DNA of 64,000 bases. It comes from Alkalispirochaeta sp. (lineage in GTDB: Bacteria; Spirochaetota; Spirochaetia; DSM-27196; Alkalispirochaetaceae). Below are positions 1-9,933 of the stretch, one piece after another. The notes under the pieces were generated by a model. That model ran no database searches, was not told the origin of the DNA, and saw only the letters and a list, made by a program, of their open reading frames with translations. Numbering within the stretch: position 1 is the first letter of the stretch; each line of letters starts with the position of its first letter. Position numbers and translations under genes: made by a program. Where the stretch lies: positions 2,368,001 to 2,432,000 of the forward strand of contig OZ271854.1 in NCBI GenBank assembly GCA_965601925.1, given 5' to 3'.

Positions 1-1
1 T

Positions 2-334
2 GTGGGCGCAAGTGTGGTTAAAAACATACCCTACGGTCTCGGGAGCGAACGAAGCTTAGGCGTGAATCTGTGGGAAAAAACGCGGCAAAGATTGGGTCCA
101 TTGCCGCCCTCTAAACGGATTCGCTCTGATTCGGCATTCTATCATATCGAATCGATGTTGATAGTGAAGGCATACCTTGCAAAGCAGCAACGCGATGTAA
201 CGATATACTCGGCGTCGTTCAGCACCGATACGGTCGTCGACGCATTTACTCACGGAGAAGCCATACGAAGATTGCGAAAGCCGTCGAGTACACGGCGTCT
301 ACGCTCCCCGTTCCTCGTCCGGGAGCGTTTGTGA
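2..334 (+). CDS. possible 3' end of a hypothetical protein running in from the left edge
   Basis: Open frame from the window edge to TGA at 332-334; no recognisable motif. Confidence 0.2.
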   Translation: MGASVVKNIPYGLGSERSLGVNLWEKTRQRLGPLPPSKRIRSDSAFYHIESMLIVKAYLAKQQRDVTIYSASFSTDTVVDAFTHGEAIRRLRKPSSTRRLRSPFLVRERL

Positions 335-495
335 CGTTCCTTTCGGTAGGCGAACACTCGTAGAAGAGACAGATCTCTCGGTTGCGAGGAGGAGGGCGGG
401 CAGTTCTCTCCTCGATCCGACGGTCCGTCGCGGTGCGGCTCCGAGCCGTGCCGTCGACTCCGGGCCGTATGCACGATCATGCGGCAACGGCTTTC

Positions 496-524
496 TTGAC
501 AACATTCGCGGTCGGGCGGACAAT
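496..524 (+). promoter_or_regulatory. sigma70-type promoter of the molybdo-hydroxylase operon
   Basis: TTGACA (496-501), 17 bp, GACAAT (519-524), about 105 bp upstream of the first gene. Confidence 0.55.
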
Positions 525-629
525 GAACACCGTCAAAATCTCATGAACAATATCCGGCGTCGCCGCGTAACTCGCAGCGTCTACTCACCGTGGACGTCTC
601 GCCGCGGCGTCAGCCGATAGAGGTGGTGC

Positions 630-1481
630 GTGATGCTACACGAGTTTTCGTATCATCGTCCCGATTCGCTCGACGACGCGTTGACCCTTCTTTCGACATA
701 TGGAGCGGACGCGGCGACGTTTTCCGGCGGGACCGATCTATTTGTAAATGTTCGCGCGGGGTTGATGAAACCGCAACACGTCGTCGATCTCAAGGGAGTA
801 ACGGCTCTCCACGAGCTGTCGTGGAGTGCGTCGGACGGACTCTCGATCGGGGCGTGCGTAACGGTCAACGAGTTGGTGGATCACCCCGTGGTGCGCGACC
901 GGTTTGCGATATTGAGTATCGCCGGCAGCGAGCTTGCGACCTTTCAACTGCGAAATCGAGCGACGGTTGTCGGTAACATCGTCACCGCGAGTCCGTGCGG
1001 CGACATGGCCGGTCCGCTTTTGGTGCTCGGAGGAGAGGTCGTCCTTGCGAGCTCCGCCGGCGAGCGCTCGGTGCCGCTGGGCGAGTTCATCACCGGTGTG
1101 AAAAAGACGATTATCCGTCCCGACGAGATCGTGGTGCGTATCGTAGTGCCCAATCGCTGGGCCGGAGCCGCCGGTGGATACGAGAAGCTCAAACGTATCA
1201 AAGGCCACGATCTCGGCGTGGTAAGTGTAACGCTTATCAAGCACGAAGAGGGTGTACGGGTCGCGATAGGCTCTGCGGCACCCACGCCGGTGCTCCTCGC
1301 CGACATGAGCGCCGACGTCGATTGGGAGACGGTACAGGCCAAGGCGAAGGGCCTTATCGACCCGATCGACGATGTTCGCGCGACGGCCGAGTATCGCGCG
1401 TTCATGGTGAATGTGTTTATCAAACGGCTTATGACTTCGATCCCGGCCGGCGGATCGGAGCTCAAGGAGGCTCTGGCGTGA
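630..1481 (+). CDS. xanthine dehydrogenase family FAD-binding (medium) subunit
   Basis: FSYHRP, GGTDL, QLRNRATVVGNI..ASPCGD and PIDDVRATAEYR motifs. Confidence 0.93.
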   Translation: MMLHEFSYHRPDSLDDALTLLSTYGADAATFSGGTDLFVNVRAGLMKPQHVVDLKGVTALHELSWSASDGLSIGACVTVNELVDHPVVRDRFAILSIAGSELATFQLRNRATVVGNIVTASPCGDMAGPLLVLGGEVVLASSAGERSVPLGEFITGVKKTIIRPDEIVVRIVVPNRWAGAAGGYEKLKRIKGHDLGVVSVTLIKHEEGVRVAIGSAAPTPVLLADMSADVDWETVQAKAKGLIDPIDDVRATAEYRAFMVNVFIKRLMTSIPAGGSELKEALA

Positions 1482-1999
1482 CGCGAATTCGATGCACAGT
1501 GAACGGTCAGGAGTACGAACGGGTCGTGTCGGATCACAAGACCTTACTCCTTTTTTTGCGCGGTGATCTGGGGCTAACCGGTACCAAGGGCGGGTGCGGA
1601 GCCGGCGAATGCGGCGCCTGCACCGTTATCGTGAACGGCAAGGCGGTCAACTCGTGTCTCATTCTTGCCGCGGAAATCGACGGTGCGGTAATCGAGACGA
1701 TCGAGGGCGAGGCGCGCGGTGGCGAACTCACCATCGTACAGGAGGCTTTCGACCGCCATCATGCCGTCCAGTGCGGATTTTGTACCTCCGGCATGATTAT
1801 GACCGTCAAGGATCTCCTTCGCCGCACGCCGCACCCGACGCGGGAAGAGGTCATCGAGGGAATCGAGGGCAACTTTTGTCGCTGTACCGGTTACGAACAG
1901 ATCATCGAGGCGGTTCTGGACGCCGCCGGTAAGGGTGCCGCCGACCGCGTCAAAACAGGCGATACGGTGGATTCCGCGAAGGAGAACGGCCATGCTTGA
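1478..1999 (+). CDS. xanthine dehydrogenase family 2x[2Fe-2S] (small) subunit
   Basis: GTG overlapping the upstream stop (GTGA) after AAGGAGG; GTKGGCGAGECGACTV, QCGFCTSG and CRCTGY motifs; the ORF-track start at 995 is too far upstream. Confidence 0.93.
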   Translation: MTRIRCTVNGQEYERVVSDHKTLLLFLRGDLGLTGTKGGCGAGECGACTVIVNGKAVNSCLILAAEIDGAVIETIEGEARGGELTIVQEAFDRHHAVQCGFCTSGMIMTVKDLLRRTPHPTREEVIEGIEGNFCRCTGYEQIIEAVLDAAGKGAADRVKTGDTVDSAKENGHA

Positions 2000-4433
2000 A
2001 ACGACAGCCGCCAAAGAATTAACGCGTGTCGGTCGTCACACCCGGCGGATCGACGCGATTGAGAAGGTTACCGGACAGGCGACCTACGTAAGCGATATGA
2101 CGCTTCCCGGCATGCTCTACGCGCGAGTCAAGACGAGCCCGCACGCCAGGGCGCGCATCGTATCGATCGATACCGCCGCCGCCGCCGCGCTGCCGGGTGT
2201 CCGAGCGATCGTGACCGGTAAGGATCTCGACTATAAGCTCGGGCTGTACGTCGTGGACAAGGACATTCTGGCGCGTCACGAGGTGCGACATTTCGGCGAG
2301 GCCGTCGCGGCGGTGGCCGCCGACACGCTGGAAATCGCACAACGCGCCGTCGACGCGATCGTAGTGGAGTATGAGGAGCTGACGCCCGTCCTGCACCCGA
2401 AGGAGGCCGTCGAGGAAGGGGCGCCGCTCGTTCATCCCGATCTGGGGAGTTACTCCTACATGGAGGCGGCATTTACTCCCAAACCGGGCACCAACATCGC
2501 CAACCATACCAAGCTGCGCAAGGGCGATGTCGAGAAGGGATTTGACGAGAGCGAGTGGATCGTCGAACGTGAGTACACCAACCCCTCGGTACAGCACGTA
2601 CCCATGGAGACGCACGTGGCGATCGTCCGATGGGGGCAAGACGATCGGGTGGAAATCTGGTCGAGCGCCCAGTCACCCTTTACGCTGCGCAACCTCTTTT
2701 GCGTGGCATTCTCGTTGCCCCATCGCAACGTTCGGGTACAGGTGCCCTACGTCGGAGGAGGATTCGGCGGCAAGGCGGGTATCGGGATTGAGCCGCTGGT
2801 TGCGGTGTTGAGCAGAACCGCGGGCGGGCGACCGGTGAAACTTACCGCGACGCGCGAGGAAGAGTTTAGCCTGTTACCGTGTCGGAGTCAGCTCACCTAT
2901 CGCATCAAGACCGGCGTCTCCCGCGAGGGCAAGATCGTCGCGCAGCAGATGACCATGTGGTGGGATTCCGGGGCGTATGCGGACTACGCCGTCAACGTCA
3001 CGCGCGCTTCCGGGTATAGCGCCGGAGGGCCGTACGAGATTCCCAACGCACAGGTCGACGCCTACACCGTCTACACCAACAAGCCCTTCGGTACCGCCTA
3101 TCGCGGATTCGGACACGTCGAGTTCTTTTGGGGATTGGAGCGCCACATGGATCTGGTCGCGCAGGCGATCGGCATGGACGCGTTCGAGTTTCGGCTCAAG
3201 AACACGCTGCAGCCCGGGGCGAAGACGCTCACCGGCGAGACGATTACCGAGCACACCGGAGATATCGACGCGTGTCTCAAAAAGGCCGCCGATATGGTCG
3301 GATACGGCGCGATTACTCCCGAAGAAGAGCGCGCCGCGGCCCGCGGGGGCAAAAAAATCGGTAAAGCGGTGGTAGGACTCCACAAGGCGCCGGCGATGCC
3401 GCCGTTTACCGCAACGACTGTGATACTCAAGATGAACGAGGACGGAACCGTCACCGCCAACTTGAGTCTTGTCGACTATGGGCAGGGAACCTATACGGCG
3501 GTCGCGCAGATCATCGCCGAGCGACTCCGCATGAGCGTCGACAAGGTAAAAGTCGCATTCGAGTGCGATACCGATCGCGATCCCTACGATTGGCAGACCG
3601 TCGCCTCCAAGGGGTTGTTGTTGAGCGGTAACGCGGCGATTTTGGCCGCCGACGATCTGGTCGACAAGGGGTACGGCGACGCGGCGCAGATACTGCGGGC
3701 CAATCGGCGCGATCTCGACCACGACGGCGGCGGTATCTTCGTGCGCCATCACCCGGAGCATCGCGTGGAGTGGCGTCAACTTGCCGTCGGCTACGCCTAT
3801 CCCAACGGGAACGCAGTCGGCGGACCGTTGGTGGGTGTCGGACGCTACATCGCCCAGGGGCTGACGCACCTCAATAAGGAGACCGGCGAGGGACTCCCGG
3901 CGATCGATTGGACCTACGGCGCCCACGGTATGATCGTGGCGGTCGACGCCGAGACGGGCGAGTACGACGTGCTGAAGGTTGCCTCGGTCTTTGACGCCGG
4001 GCGTGTGATCAACCCGGACGCCTTTCGCGGCCAGGCGATCGGCGGCATGATCCAGGGACTCGGCACCGCAACCGTCGAGGGGTACATCTACGACAAGAAG
4101 GGGCATCTCCTCAATCCGAGCTTCACGGATAACAAGATTCCGACGTCCAAGGATATTCCGATCGAGATAGAGACCTTCGGTGTCGAGACGCCGCAGGTAG
4201 ACGGTCCGTTCGGCGCGCGCGGTATCGCCGAGCACAGCATGATCTCGGTGGCCGCCGCGTTGGGAAATGCGATCCAGCGCGCCACCGGTGCGGAGATTAC
4301 CCATATGCCGTTGCGCTTCGAGGATGTATGGCGAGCGCTCAACCGCAAGGAGCCGATCGACAACTGGATTACGAAGAGCCCTTTCGGGAGTTGCCGTTCG
4401 GCGCCGGAGTTGCAAAAGCACGACTGCGACTGA
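1992..4433 (+). CDS. xanthine dehydrogenase family molybdopterin-binding (large) subunit
   Basis: ATG at 1992 after AAGGAG; KVTGQATY, GGGFGGK, AYRGFG, GQG and GPFGARGIAE (catalytic Glu) motifs. Confidence 0.93.
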   Translation: MLETTAAKELTRVGRHTRRIDAIEKVTGQATYVSDMTLPGMLYARVKTSPHARARIVSIDTAAAAALPGVRAIVTGKDLDYKLGLYVVDKDILARHEVRHFGEAVAAVAADTLEIAQRAVDAIVVEYEELTPVLHPKEAVEEGAPLVHPDLGSYSYMEAAFTPKPGTNIANHTKLRKGDVEKGFDESEWIVEREYTNPSVQHVPMETHVAIVRWGQDDRVEIWSSAQSPFTLRNLFCVAFSLPHRNVRVQVPYVGGGFGGKAGIGIEPLVAVLSRTAGGRPVKLTATREEEFSLLPCRSQLTYRIKTGVSREGKIVAQQMTMWWDSGAYADYAVNVTRASGYSAGGPYEIPNAQVDAYTVYTNKPFGTAYRGFGHVEFFWGLERHMDLVAQAIGMDAFEFRLKNTLQPGAKTLTGETITEHTGDIDACLKKAADMVGYGAITPEEERAAARGGKKIGKAVVGLHKAPAMPPFTATTVILKMNEDGTVTANLSLVDYGQGTYTAVAQIIAERLRMSVDKVKVAFECDTDRDPYDWQTVASKGLLLSGNAAILAADDLVDKGYGDAAQILRANRRDLDHDGGGIFVRHHPEHRVEWRQLAVGYAYPNGNAVGGPLVGVGRYIAQGLTHLNKETGEGLPAIDWTYGAHGMIVAVDAETGEYDVLKVASVFDAGRVINPDAFRGQAIGGMIQGLGTATVEGYIYDKKGHLLNPSFTDNKIPTSKDIPIEIETFGVETPQVDGPFGARGIAEHSMISVAAALGNAIQRATGAEITHMPLRFEDVWRALNRKEPIDNWITKSPFGSCRSAPELQKHDCD

Positions 4434-4466
4434 CTCGCTACGGCGTGTGCCGCCCTCGGAGGTAGC

Positions 4467-5717
4467 ATGACGATCACCAATGCGCGACTGCGCCGCCGTG
4501 ACGGTTTGTGGACGATTCGCCTCGATGGCGATCGTATCGAGGCGGTCGTGCCGTATGGAGACGGACAACCCCGACGGAGCCTCGTCGCAACCGACGGCGA
4601 GGAGACCTCACCGCCCGAAGATGCGGTAATCGATGCCGGCGGCGCAATTGTGACCGAGGGTTTCGTGAACGGCCATTTGCATCTCTGCAAGGTCTATACG
4701 CTTCCGCTCGTCGGGGATACGGCGCTCGACGAGTACCATGGACGCGATATGGGCGGCGCGGTACGCGCGATCGAGCTCGCGCGGGGCGTCAAGAAACAGT
4801 ATCGCCGCGACCGACTCGTTCCAGGGATTCGCCGAGCCGTGGAACGCGCCGTCGTCTACGGTACGAGCCATGTTCGCGCCTTTGCCGATACGGATACCGC
4901 GGCCGAGCTGGAGGGTGTGCGTGCGGTGATGCAGGTTCGCGATGAGTTCCGCGACCGTATCGACATGCACGTAGTCGCCTTTCCGCAAGATGGACTTGTG
5001 CGCGATCCCGGAGCCGATCGTCTGGTGCGTCGAGCCATGGAAGAGGGCGCCGACGTGGTGGGCGGCATTCCGTGGATCGAGTATACCGATCGTGCCGCGC
5101 AACGACACATCGACACGATGTTGGATTTGGCCGTTGAACTGAGTGCTCCCGTGTCGATGCTCGTCGACGACGCCGGCGACGCGAGCTTACGGACGTTGGA
5201 GATGCTCGCCGTCGCCGCGCTGGAGCGTGGGTTACGGCATCGTGTCGTTGCGCATCACGCTCGCGCCATGGCCATGTACCCGGAACCGACACGGCGACGT
5301 CTATTCGGGATTCTAAAGGAGGCAGGTATCGGCGTGGTGAGCGACCCTCATACCGGACCACTGCACGCCGATATCGAGGGCCTGCGTGCCGCCGGTATAC
5401 CCGTCGGACTCGGACAGGACGACATGAACGATGCGTACTATCCCTTCGGGAGGAACAATATGCTCGAGGTGGCATTTCTCGCGGCGCATCTCCTTTGGAA
5501 GACGGGTGCCGATCAACTCGATGAGTTGTGCGATATGATCGGCACGGAGGCGGCGCGCGTCGTAGGTCTTGAAGATCACGGGGTTTTCGACGGCGCGCGT
5601 GCCAATCTGGTGGTGCATCGCGCCGGCACGGTAACCGAGCTTCTCGCCGAACACGCTGTGCCACGGGCGGTTATCTACAACGGTCGTGTTGTGGCCGAGG
5701 AGGGATATCTCGTATGA
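4467..5717 (+). CDS. metal-dependent amidohydrolase, cytosine deaminase/AtzC-like
   Basis: HLH metal motif (NGHLHLCK), VAFPQDG, ADVVGGIP, GQDD..D.YYPFG and GARANLVV motifs. Confidence 0.88.
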   Translation: MTITNARLRRRDGLWTIRLDGDRIEAVVPYGDGQPRRSLVATDGEETSPPEDAVIDAGGAIVTEGFVNGHLHLCKVYTLPLVGDTALDEYHGRDMGGAVRAIELARGVKKQYRRDRLVPGIRRAVERAVVYGTSHVRAFADTDTAAELEGVRAVMQVRDEFRDRIDMHVVAFPQDGLVRDPGADRLVRRAMEEGADVVGGIPWIEYTDRAAQRHIDTMLDLAVELSAPVSMLVDDAGDASLRTLEMLAVAALERGLRHRVVAHHARAMAMYPEPTRRRLFGILKEAGIGVVSDPHTGPLHADIEGLRAAGIPVGLGQDDMNDAYYPFGRNNMLEVAFLAAHLLWKTGADQLDELCDMIGTEAARVVGLEDHGVFDGARANLVVHRAGTVTELLAEHAVPRAVIYNGRVVAEEGYLV

Positions 5718-6121
5718 ACTTTCCGGGTATTAAGCCGGGGATGACCATCACCATTCGTCGATCGATCGTCGAGGCGCATACGTTCGACAATCATCTTCCC
5801 GACGAGGTCGAGAAGCTCCTCTCCACACCCTCCCTCGTCTCGTTTATGATCGAGGCGTCGGTCCGTATGCTTACTCCCTATCTACCGGACGGTTTCGTCT
5901 CCGTCGGCAAGAGCTCGGAGGTTATGCACGATCATCCGACGGTCGTCGGTTCCACCGTACATATCACCGTGCGGGTGACCGAGTTCGACGGATATCACGT
6001 CACGATCCTTATGGAAGCGGCCGATGAGATCGGCGTCTGCGGGCGAGGTAAGCACGTCCGTTCGATCGTGAATGAGCGTTGGTTGCGTCTCAAGGTTGCT
6101 CGGCGCATAGCCGCGCTGTAG
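5714..6121 (+). CDS. hot-dog fold thioesterase (fluoroacetyl-CoA thioesterase FlK-like)
   Basis: LSTP...E, SVG....V.H..PT.VG and G.H.R pattern; ATGA overlap with the upstream gene. Confidence 0.75.
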   Translation: MNFPGIKPGMTITIRRSIVEAHTFDNHLPDEVEKLLSTPSLVSFMIEASVRMLTPYLPDGFVSVGKSSEVMHDHPTVVGSTVHITVRVTEFDGYHVTILMEAADEIGVCGRGKHVRSIVNERWLRLKVARRIAAL

Positions 6122-6133
6122 CGTGTCCCGCGC

Positions 6134-6778
6134 GTGAAACACGTCTCTTCCGGCGATCGCGCCGTAGGGGTCGAGTGCGTGATACCGGCCGGAGGCGCGG
6201 CGCGGCGCATGGGAACCCCGAAACAGACCCTTGAGCTTGTCGCCGGCACCAGCCTTATCGTTCGCGCGGTGGAGAATGCTCTGTCGGTGTGCCGGCGATG
6301 CATCGTCGTTACCGGTGCAGCTCACGACGAGGTCGCCGCGCACGTTCGCGCCCTCCCCGAGGTGACGGTCGTGCACAACCGCGACTACGAGCGTGGAATG
6401 CTCTCCTCTATCATAGTTGGTGCCGCCGAGGTCGCGACGTCGACCTTTTTCGTCGCTCCGGCCGATATGCCGTTTCTTGCCTCCGACATCTATGTGACGC
6501 TCGTTGCGGCGCGGGACTCCCTCGGAGGGGCGCAGTATGACGACGGATGGGCGCTCTTTCCGGAGATGGGCGGGCGCACGGGGCACCCCGTATTGATCTC
6601 CTCGGCGGTTATACCCCGGTTGGTACGCGACGGTGTACGCTTCTCATCGATGAAACACTTTCTGTCTCGATACCCGGTTCGCACCGTACCGGTCGCCGAT
6701 GATGGGATATTCGTCGATATCGACACCCCGGAGGCTCTCGCCGTTGCGAGAGTGAGGGTGCGTGGGGAACGCGACTGA
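6134..6778 (+). CDS. mocA: molybdenum cofactor cytidylyltransferase (MocA-like)
   Basis: IPAGG.ARRMG.PK, N.DY..GMLSSI, ADMP, GHPV and DIDTPE motifs; lies in an XDH-family operon. Confidence 0.82.
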   Translation: MKHVSSGDRAVGVECVIPAGGAARRMGTPKQTLELVAGTSLIVRAVENALSVCRRCIVVTGAAHDEVAAHVRALPEVTVVHNRDYERGMLSSIIVGAAEVATSTFFVAPADMPFLASDIYVTLVAARDSLGGAQYDDGWALFPEMGGRTGHPVLISSAVIPRLVRDGVRFSSMKHFLSRYPVRTVPVADDGIFVDIDTPEALAVARVRVRGERD

Positions 6779-6889
6779 CGATCCTCGGCCGCGTGTGGAA
6801 GGGAAGCCGACGATCGCGAGCGATCGACGAAACATTGCATGTAGCCGCACGATGCACACGCGCCCGACGGCGGCGCGACGACACGACGG

Positions 6890-7339
6890 TTAGGGTAACA
6901 GACCCATCGGAAAGCGTACTCGCAGGATCTCCTGAAAGAGAAGATAGAATGCGCCGACCGAGATAAGGGCGACAATAATCGCGCGCACCGTGCCGGTGTG
7001 GGCTCGAAACGTGATGACACCCATGAGCGTTACGCCGACGAGGCTCGCAATCAGGAGCCCGAGGAGGGGAATCAGTGCCGTCCACAGTACCAGCGCCGCC
7101 ATCAGCGTGCCGGAGCGCACGTGCCGCTCCCCGGCGTCGCCCTTCGCCATGGCGATAGCGGGACCGCGTCCGGCGATCGTGAGAACGGCAAGGCATAATG
7201 CGAGAACAAACACGAAGCCTGAGATTACTCGGGGAAAGAGACGGCTTAAAGGGCCGAAGGCGTCGGCGGTGACAAACCAATATGCACCGACGATCGTCAG
7301 CACCACGGCGGAGGTAAGGTTGCGCGCTTTCTCGTTCAC
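6890..7339 (-). CDS. tctB: tripartite tricarboxylate transporter small membrane subunit
   Basis: Small polytopic membrane protein with FP and C-terminal LF..ILRV.FP.G; directly follows tctA. Confidence 0.85.
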   Translation of the reverse strand: MNEKARNLTSAVVLTIVGAYWFVTADAFGPLSRLFPRVISGFVFVLALCLAVLTIAGRGPAIAMAKGDAGERHVRSGTLMAALVLWTALIPLLGLLIASLVGVTLMGVITFRAHTGTVRAIIVALISVGAFYLLFQEILRVRFPMGLLP

Positions 7340-8898
7340 GTTTCTCCTCCTTTGCGAGCCGACGGCACCTCTCGGCCGTCCTCTTCGTGATCATCCGCCT
7401 TGGTCGATCGACTCCTCCGATTGAGCATCATCGGGAGCACGATCGACCCCACCGTGAATGCGATCAGGACCACCGAGATCGGCCTTCCGAAAAAGATTGC
7501 CGCTACGGATCCCTGCGCGCGCCCCATCAGTAGCGACTGGGTAAGGCCTTGCTCCGCTATCGGTCCCAAAATCAGGCCCAGGACGATCGGGCCGGGCATG
7601 AATCCCGCCTTGCGCAGCGCATGGGCGGCCACCCCGGTAGCGACCATCACATATATATCCGCCACATTGTTGTAGATCGAATACGAACCTACCATGGAGA
7701 GGAAAATGATAAGCGGCGCCATCGTCTGCACGCGTACACGCTGCATGAGTTTGGCAACTGCCTTTCCGAGGACGATACCCAACGGCAGCATCGCCAGATT
7801 GGCAAGAACCAGGGAGAAGAGAAACGCGTAGGTGACGGTGCCGTGGGACGTGAAGAGCTCTGCGCCGGGGCGCATGCCCTGGAGGAGGAGCGCGCCGAAC
7901 AGTACCGCCGCCGGCGGTGCGCCGGGCACGCCGAGGGTCAACATCGGAATCAACGCTCCGGCGACCGAAGCGTTGTTGGCACTTTCCGAGGCCGCAACGC
8001 CCTCCATCGCTCCTTTTCCGAACTTCTCGCGGTTGCCGCTCGTGCGAATCGCCTCGTTGTAACTCACAAGCCCGGCGATGTTGCCGCCGGCACCGGGAAT
8101 GATGCCGATAAGCGTCCCGATGACCGATGAACGTATCATGAGCCACGGCTTGCGTACGAGGGCGAAAAAGACGCGATTCACCATCCTGTGTTGCCGTTTG
8201 TACGGTACGACGGTGCCCGAATCGCGGCTCTCCTCGACCATACGTAACACTTCGGGAATACAGAAAAAACCGATCAGCGCCGGGATCAGGGATATCCCGT
8301 TCTGCAGCGCTACGGTGCCGAAGTTATATCGTACGGCGCCCTCAATCGGTGCGATGCCGATCGTCGAAATGATCAAACCGATGCCACCGCCGATGAGGCC
8401 CTTGAGTGTCGATCGCGGCGACACGGCGGCGATGATGGTGAGCCCGAAGGCCGCGAGCCAAAAATACTCCGGGGGGCCGAAGCGCAAACTGGCCCGCGCG
8501 AGAGGCGGCGACAGAAAAATAAGAAACGCCACGCCCACCAGTCCGCCGAAGACCGAAGCGAGGGTGGCGGTGACGATCGCGCGATACGCCTCGCCCCGCT
8601 GAGCCATGGGAAATCCGTCGAATGTCGTTGCGATGGCCGACGGGGTGCCGGGCGTGTTGATAAGAATCGCCGAAAACGAACCGCCGTAAATCGCGCCCGA
8701 GTAGATCGCTCCGAGGAGTACAAGGCCGTGTATCGGCGTCATGCCGAAGGTAAACGGGACGAGCAGCGCGATCGCCATCGTGGCCGTAAGACCGGGCAGG
8801 GCGCCGACGATGATACCGGCGCCCACTCCGGCGGTAACGAGAAGGAGGCTGACCGGATTGAGAACGCCGGTCAGCGCGCTTACGAGTGTCTCGGTCAT
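7336..8898 (-). CDS. tctA: tripartite tricarboxylate transporter permease
   Basis: GALPGL, YGGS..AILINTPGTP, ESANNA and LTLGVPG motifs. Confidence 0.95.
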   Translation of the reverse strand: MTETLVSALTGVLNPVSLLLVTAGVGAGIIVGALPGLTATMAIALLVPFTFGMTPIHGLVLLGAIYSGAIYGGSFSAILINTPGTPSAIATTFDGFPMAQRGEAYRAIVTATLASVFGGLVGVAFLIFLSPPLARASLRFGPPEYFWLAAFGLTIIAAVSPRSTLKGLIGGGIGLIISTIGIAPIEGAVRYNFGTVALQNGISLIPALIGFFCIPEVLRMVEESRDSGTVVPYKRQHRMVNRVFFALVRKPWLMIRSSVIGTLIGIIPGAGGNIAGLVSYNEAIRTSGNREKFGKGAMEGVAASESANNASVAGALIPMLTLGVPGAPPAAVLFGALLLQGMRPGAELFTSHGTVTYAFLFSLVLANLAMLPLGIVLGKAVAKLMQRVRVQTMAPLIIFLSMVGSYSIYNNVADIYVMVATGVAAHALRKAGFMPGPIVLGLILGPIAEQGLTQSLLMGRAQGSVAAIFFGRPISVVLIAFTVGSIVLPMMLNRRSRSTKADDHEEDGREVPSARKGGET

Positions 8899-8909
8899 TC
8901 GCGTAGGGA

Positions 8910-9896
8910 CTATATCTCGCCGAGTTCGCGCAGGACCGTTTCGATTTCGCTCCTTCGGCGGTTGATGTACTCGGCAAACTCGGCCTCGGCTATGCGGTGG
9001 ATGACGAATCCGAGCGACTCCATTTCCGCGACGAACTCCGCGTTGGCGCTCGTGGCGTCAAAAGCGGCCGAGAGTGCCGCGACGACCTCGTCGGGAGTCT
9101 CCTGGGGGACCGCAACGCCGCGGTCGATGCCTGCGGTCATCTCGATGCCCAACTCGATGAACGTCGGTACCTCCGGCAGTGCCGAGAAGCGCTCGTCCGT
9201 TCCGATGGCAAGGACGCGCATCGCCTCGTCGTGGGCGAGAAGGTCGGTAGAGTTGGCCATGATCGCTTGCGTATGCCCGCCCAGGAAGTTGGCCACCGAG
9301 GGAGCGGCACCGGTCGCGGGAATATAGGTGAACGACGCCCCGGTGAGGTATTGCAACTGGAGCAGTGCAAGGTGGTGTCCCGAGTGCGTTCCGGATCCGC
9401 TTACCGTGACCTCTCCCGGGTTTTGCACGGCATAGTCTATCAGTTCATCGAGCGTATCGAAGGGGCCGTTCGGCGCCACCGCGATACCGATCGGCGTCGA
9501 CTGGAAGAGATACACCGGCTTGAGATCGGCGGTAGCGTATCCCGCGTCCTCTCGAACCAAGGGCTGGATGATGATATGGGGAATGTTGTTACCGGTGATC
9601 GTATATCCGTCCGGCTGGGATCGAGAGAGGTTGGACCACGCCAACGCACCGCCGGCGCCCGGCTGGTGACGGATCACGACATCCACGCCAAGGGCCTCTT
9701 CGAGATAGGGCTTCTGGTACTGGGCGGTAACATCGGACTGGCCGCCGGGATTGAAGGGTATAACGTAGGAGATCGCGCGCGTCGGGAAGACGGCCTCCTC
9801 AGATTGACCGGACGCAAAGACGCCTGCCGTGACGGCGGCGACGAGCGCTGCGACGACGATATGCAGACGCAATCGAATACAGGTAGTACGTGCCAT
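8910..9896 (-). CDS. tctC: tripartite tricarboxylate transporter substrate-binding protein
   Basis: ATG at 9896 after GAGGAGG; signal peptide; IPFNPGG.SD, PGAGG, PDGYT and PEVPT..ELG motifs. Confidence 0.92.
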   Translation of the reverse strand: MARTTCIRLRLHIVVAALVAAVTAGVFASGQSEEAVFPTRAISYVIPFNPGGQSDVTAQYQKPYLEEALGVDVVIRHQPGAGGALAWSNLSRSQPDGYTITGNNIPHIIIQPLVREDAGYATADLKPVYLFQSTPIGIAVAPNGPFDTLDELIDYAVQNPGEVTVSGSGTHSGHHLALLQLQYLTGASFTYIPATGAAPSVANFLGGHTQAIMANSTDLLAHDEAMRVLAIGTDERFSALPEVPTFIELGIEMTAGIDRGVAVPQETPDEVVAALSAAFDATSANAEFVAEMESLGFVIHRIAEAEFAEYINRRRSEIETVLRELGEI

Positions 9897-9933
9897 TGGG
9901 AACCTCCTCGTGTGGTGCGCCGGAGAACGTTGC

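Noticed and set aside
19..37. AAAAACATACCCTACGGT resembles the TetR operator flank (AAAAACATACCTAC)
   Set aside because: Not palindromic, has an extra base and no matching promoter; likely chance
525..629. Purine or Moco riboswitch before the hydroxylase operon
   Set aside because: Conserved core motifs not found
1992..4433. Aerobic CO dehydrogenase call, or selenocysteine read-through at the terminal TGA
   Set aside because: Active-site loop is AYRGFG, not AYRCSFR; the protein is complete at the TGA and the next gene has its own RBS
2874..4568. Long antisense or alternative-frame ORFs (this one and many others, e.g. 8997-9962, 28944-29558, 53617-54630)
   Set aside because: Shadow ORFs of high-GC coding regions that overlap well-supported genes and have no motifs
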